64,000 nucleotides of DNA from Penicillus capitatus (Eukaryota; Plantae; Chlorophyta): assembly GCA_965649825.1 (NCBI GenBank), contig OZ287704.1:852301-916300 (forward strand), written 5' to 3'. Shown here in pieces: positions 60,027 through 64,000 of this stretch. Position 1 is the first letter of the stretch. Each line of letters starts with the position of its first letter. Both the position numbers and the translations under genes were made by a program. The notes below the pieces were generated by a model. That model was given only the letters and a program-made list of their open reading frames with translations, made no database searches and was not told the DNA's origin.

Positions 60027-60483
60027 ACTCTTGCTTTCAACTTACGCGTGTTGTATTGGCAAGTTACTGCATTTGACCGAATGAAACGACGCGGATTCGG
60101 TTGGTTGAACTAAGCACGATGAAAATCTCCAACGGAAAATTGGCAAAGGAATCACCGAACAACCAAATATGCAAGGAGAATGAAAAGTTCATCTTCCACC
60201 ATAGGTCACGAGTTCTTAACGAAAAACCGGAATACTGTGTCATAGCAAAAGAACAAGAGGTGGTAAACCTCTTAGAAAGACGTCTGTCAGTGCCTGTCAC
60301 TATGATATCCTCTTCAGATCAGAAGAAACGACGAGTGCAATGCGACAGATGACGTCATCTGTGCAAAGAATAGGCCGCGATCGGAGATGTGCTGAGGTGA
60401 CAGGTGCCGACGTGACAGAGAGGCGTGTGAACCTTGACCTGGAGGTCAGCCTCTTCAGATGCCGGTCTCACGGGGTGTTGCGT

Positions 60484-60678
60484 GGCATACAACAGAATCG
60501 TCTGGCTGAAATACTCAGAATTCCGATGACGTCATGCCTTTTATCATCCTCATGTTGTCACTTCATTCCTCAAAACGCGGCATACAACAGAATCGTCTGG
60601 CTGAAATACTCAGAATTCCGATGACGTCATGCCTTTTATCATCCTCATGTTGTCACTTCATTCCTCAAAACGCGGCAT
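60484..60678. repeat. Exact 95-bp tandem duplication
   Basis: GGCAT...AAAACGC unit starts at 60484 and 60579, with a third start at 60674. Confidence 0.92.
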
Positions 60679-60747
60679 GCATTGTGAAGAGTGCCTCGTG
60701 TAGTCGAAGCAAAGCGTTGTATTGTATGCCTCGAACAAGGCATGACA

Positions 60748-63170
60748 TCATGCATGAGGAGAAGATGACAAAAGGCACCATGGAGACTTCTGAGTATTGA
60801 AAGCGGACGATTTCGTTGTTTGCATCTTTACACAAAGACTATTGCCATGCGGTTCCCTACAAGACTCACATCCGACGTTGGCAAACCTCCGGGTCAGGTC
60901 ACGATCAGAACACTCCCTCCCTCCAACGAACTGACGGGTACTGACGAAGTCCATTGAAATTGCATAAGGAAGATAAGAAGACTCAAGAGCTGACAAATGA
61001 AGAAACATACAGGTCAACATGAAATTAAAAACACTCTCAACGGAATGTAACAAAAAAAAACAAATCTACTGAATCTTTTTTGTCCGAACATCACTAGAAA
61101 CTAAGAGACATGCATCTATCAACTTCCTTCGAACTGCGATGGAATTTCATCACTGTGAAGACTTGTCCGCCGTTTCTGCACTATGGAAGATCTCGTGAAT
61201 CTCATCTGCACACAGAAGAGAATGTCATGAAAAGACATGATTGGTCATAGAGCCGCCTTTGCATGTCAAGAGAAAGATTTTGTTGTAGAACTGCCAGATC
61301 GTGCCGTACTGCGATGTCATTGTGGCGTCTGTTGGATTTCTCATCAGGACCTGCAACACGAATGATGCTACCGACATGGCCGTTGGCCAAAAGAAACGAT
61401 GGACAAGTCCAAAACTGCTGAGTTGGAGTGTCGGAAATCGAGCAGCGCATTCCTGTGTCAGCAGCTTGAATGAAATTTGTGTCTTCTCCATCTTGCCGAC
61501 ACAATAGACACTGTCGCACACAGATCCCTTTCTCTCTTTCATCATAAGCTGCGGAACAGACCAACAGAGAATGGGAACAAAAATAGAACGCTCAAAGAAA
61601 AGGTAGAGATGATGAAACAGAACCAGATCTACCAGATCCATACACCGATTGATGAACACAGGCGACGAAACCTGGTAGACGTAGCAGATATCATATCGGA
61701 GATGTAATGGACGGAAGATACTTCATCAAGATCCACCTCCGCTGCAACTGGCTCAGCGAGATCCTTCGTGTGATCGAGGACGAAACCCGCAAATTCTTTA
61801 AGGAATTCCTCGATCATGTATGTCTCCCCAGGAAGCTGCAGACAGCCGCCACCTTCCAGGAGATATATGTACACACTTGAGTGCCGCATGAAACAGTCAT
61901 CCCGCATCACATGTCGCTGGATATCTTGGAGAAAAGAGATCGCCGTGACTGGAAGGTCAATAACGTGTTGAGCATCCAAAATGTGCACCGTCACCATCCA
62001 GAGATCCACTGAAAAGCACAACCGATTGGCACGCTGTGTTGCCCAAGGATATGTCTTTTCCTGAAGATATCATCAAATCGACACGTCCTGGTCCAGAGAC
62101 AGAGTCATACATGATAAGCATGCGCCACCAGTTCGGTTGCACAGCAGAGCAAGGCACTGTGAAAATGCGAATTGCGCAGTCGCTGCATCACTGTCTTACG
62201 CATAACGGAAACAATGGGCGACTCCGTATCCTTTATGTCGCCTTCGATCAGTCTCTGTAAAATCCCATGAAGCAATCTGTCATTGTATCCCAACCATCCA
62301 CTTGGGTCACACTCCCATATGTTATCCATTCATCACCTGTAGTAAAGGTATAGGGCTATTTTGGCTTCTTTTCCTTCAAAAAGTCGTTGCACGAATCCCT
62401 TGGCGTGATTCACAACCGGCACCTCCACCACCGATGTGTCACATCATCTCCACCGCCCGTCCACGAATCTCACCGTCAGGTCTTCGTTTCGATTGGATCC
62501 TCTCAGAATGGCAAAGAGTGCGTGTGGCGATTCCTTGTCCTGATGCGTATCTCTTCAGATTCTCCGTTTCTCGCCGCCTTGTCTTACCATGGAAGAATGC
62601 AAAGCGTGGAGCCAGGTTTGCAATGGGCGCATTTCCAAAGGTCTCGTCGTCGATGTCGTCCATCAGTCGCGCTTTATCGAGTGTGACGAAATGACAAGGA
62701 AGCGATGTTGGTTCAAAAACGGACGAAGTTCGACATATGGGTTGAGATTGTACGACGTGCTGCGACGGTACGTAGCCTTCGAAGGAATCTGGTTGGATTT
62801 CTATCGCTTCGTCTATTTTGGTCGTCGCTGTTTCCGCAGTGCGAGTCGCCGAGCGTAGAACGCGTCCTCGTCTGTTTCGCTTTTTGAGCGACGTCGGCCA
62901 TCCGTTCTTTGTACATAGACATTCACATCGTCGGCAAGTGTTCGCGACGTCGTACATAGGTCGTTCTCATGTCTTCCTCGTTCTTTACTATCTTCGAAAG
63001 CGACTTGTCCCTTTCTCTGACCGGAGTCCAGAAAAACTTACGAACATCCTGGAAGCCAGAAGCGCAGCAGAGTGCTTTGGCGGCATCCACACAACAGCCG
63101 TCATCGAACAGCGGCAACAAATCGCAAATGTACGAACGCGATTCGATGATGGAGACTCAATATGAAAGAA
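60748..63170 (-). CDS. RBR: Divergent retinoblastoma-related protein (both termini uncertain)
   Basis: Pocket A FHSALLCCATELVAHAY; pocket B STRFRRLCSS, LMMKE...SVYCVGK, YGTIWQFYNKIF, in the expected order. Confidence 0.65.
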
Positions 63171-63309
63171 GGTGTGTTTCTAGCTCCGGTCAGTTGCAAC
63201 AGATTGAGGATGTTGATTGGAAAAGCGGGACGTCTTTACATGATGTGCCACGAACAACGAAAAGAGGACGCGTCGCTGTAGGGTTTCTTTCTCCAGGCAT
63301 CTTTGTTGA

Positions 63310-64000
63310 ATGAGGGTTTCATTAGTGGCTGTTGTTTTTTATACTTCTGCTTTCTAGTGCGTCGCTTGGGCGGGCGCAGCGTGAGAAGTCAAAACGCAAA
63401 ACCCTACAGACGGATATCGACGCACTCCTGGCGCTTAAAGATGCCCTACAGCTGCAAGAGGTATTGCTGGAATGGAATGATACCTCAGATCCATGCGATG
63501 ATGGATGGAAATATGTCATATGCGATTGCGATGGGTTTCCGGACGGCCTTCAAAATGAGCGATCGCATTGCGAGAACTATACGGCAACCGATCAGGATAG
63601 AATTGTATATTTGGAACTCAGAGAAGGCAGTGCACGAGAGAATTATACAAGCTTGCCTGACGCCCTTGGAAATCTCACAGAACTCAGATGGCTTGCCATA
63701 GACTCATTCCTGCTCAATGGTAGCCTTCCGGAAACCTTTGCAAATTTGACGCAGCTGAGATACCTATCGCTGGCTGAGAACACACTAACAGGTGAACTTC
63801 CGGACTTCCTTGCAGACCTGGAATACCTCAAGACACTGAAGCTCCATGCCAACAACTTCACCGGCGAAATACCTAAACGCTGGTGCAAGACAGACTGGGG
63901 ACTCTTCAATCCAGATACCAATGAGACCACCTTTACGATTCACGAAAACCCATTTCTATGTGGTAAACGACCAATGCCATTCTCGTCGTTGCACACACCA
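63310..64000 (+). CDS. Secreted/receptor-like LRR protein (LRRNT_2 plus plant-type LRRs), runs off the window; probable 1-nt homopolymer indel near 63335-63340
   Basis: TDIDALLALKDAL...WNDTSDPCDDGWKYVIC, then LGNLTELRWL..LNGSLPETFANLTQLRYLSLAENTLTGELPDFLADLEYLKTLKLHANNFTGEIP. The signal peptide is in frame with ATG 63310 only if one T of the T6 run is removed. Confidence 0.8.

Overview
Eukaryotic nuclear DNA from a gene-dense, intron-rich green alga. Evidence for this: chlorophyll synthase, WRKY, plastid-type transit peptides, TGTAA poly(A)-type signals and ~41-64 nt introns. A compact ulvophyte/Bryopsidales-like genome is an inference only. The standard genetic code is used. About 30 spliced genes can be reconstructed by hand: GAA1, three tandem FAD monooxygenases, ARID, DNAJC2/zuotin, a duplicated CPBP-like gene, RmlB-type dehydratase, AFG1, TRM7, DDX46, a bromodomain protein, WRKY, F-box-LRR-ANK, DRG1, SF3A2, organellar AspRS, two O-methyltransferases, a U1 zinc-finger protein, RPL5, chlG, a divergent RBR and an LRR receptor-like gene. 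Three accessory islands (about 1.9-7.2 kb, 12.4-18.0 kb and 47.2-50.9 kb) carry repeats and pseudogenes. Most interesting signals: (1) candidate polycistronic units, the strongest being a membrane-protein ORF joined in frame to AspRS by TAA-GCG-ATG-ATG; (2) an unrecognised four-exon proline-rich gene family present twice, each copy interrupted by one in-frame stop; (3) tandem duplicates with near-identical flanks and hyperdivergent cores; (4) frequent GC-AG introns and GAG acceptors, including a paired GC-AG/GC-AG unit whose double retention stays in frame. No rRNA, tRNA, CRISPR array or recognisable transposase/RT was seen. All coordinates are hand-derived, and exon edges may be off by a few bases.
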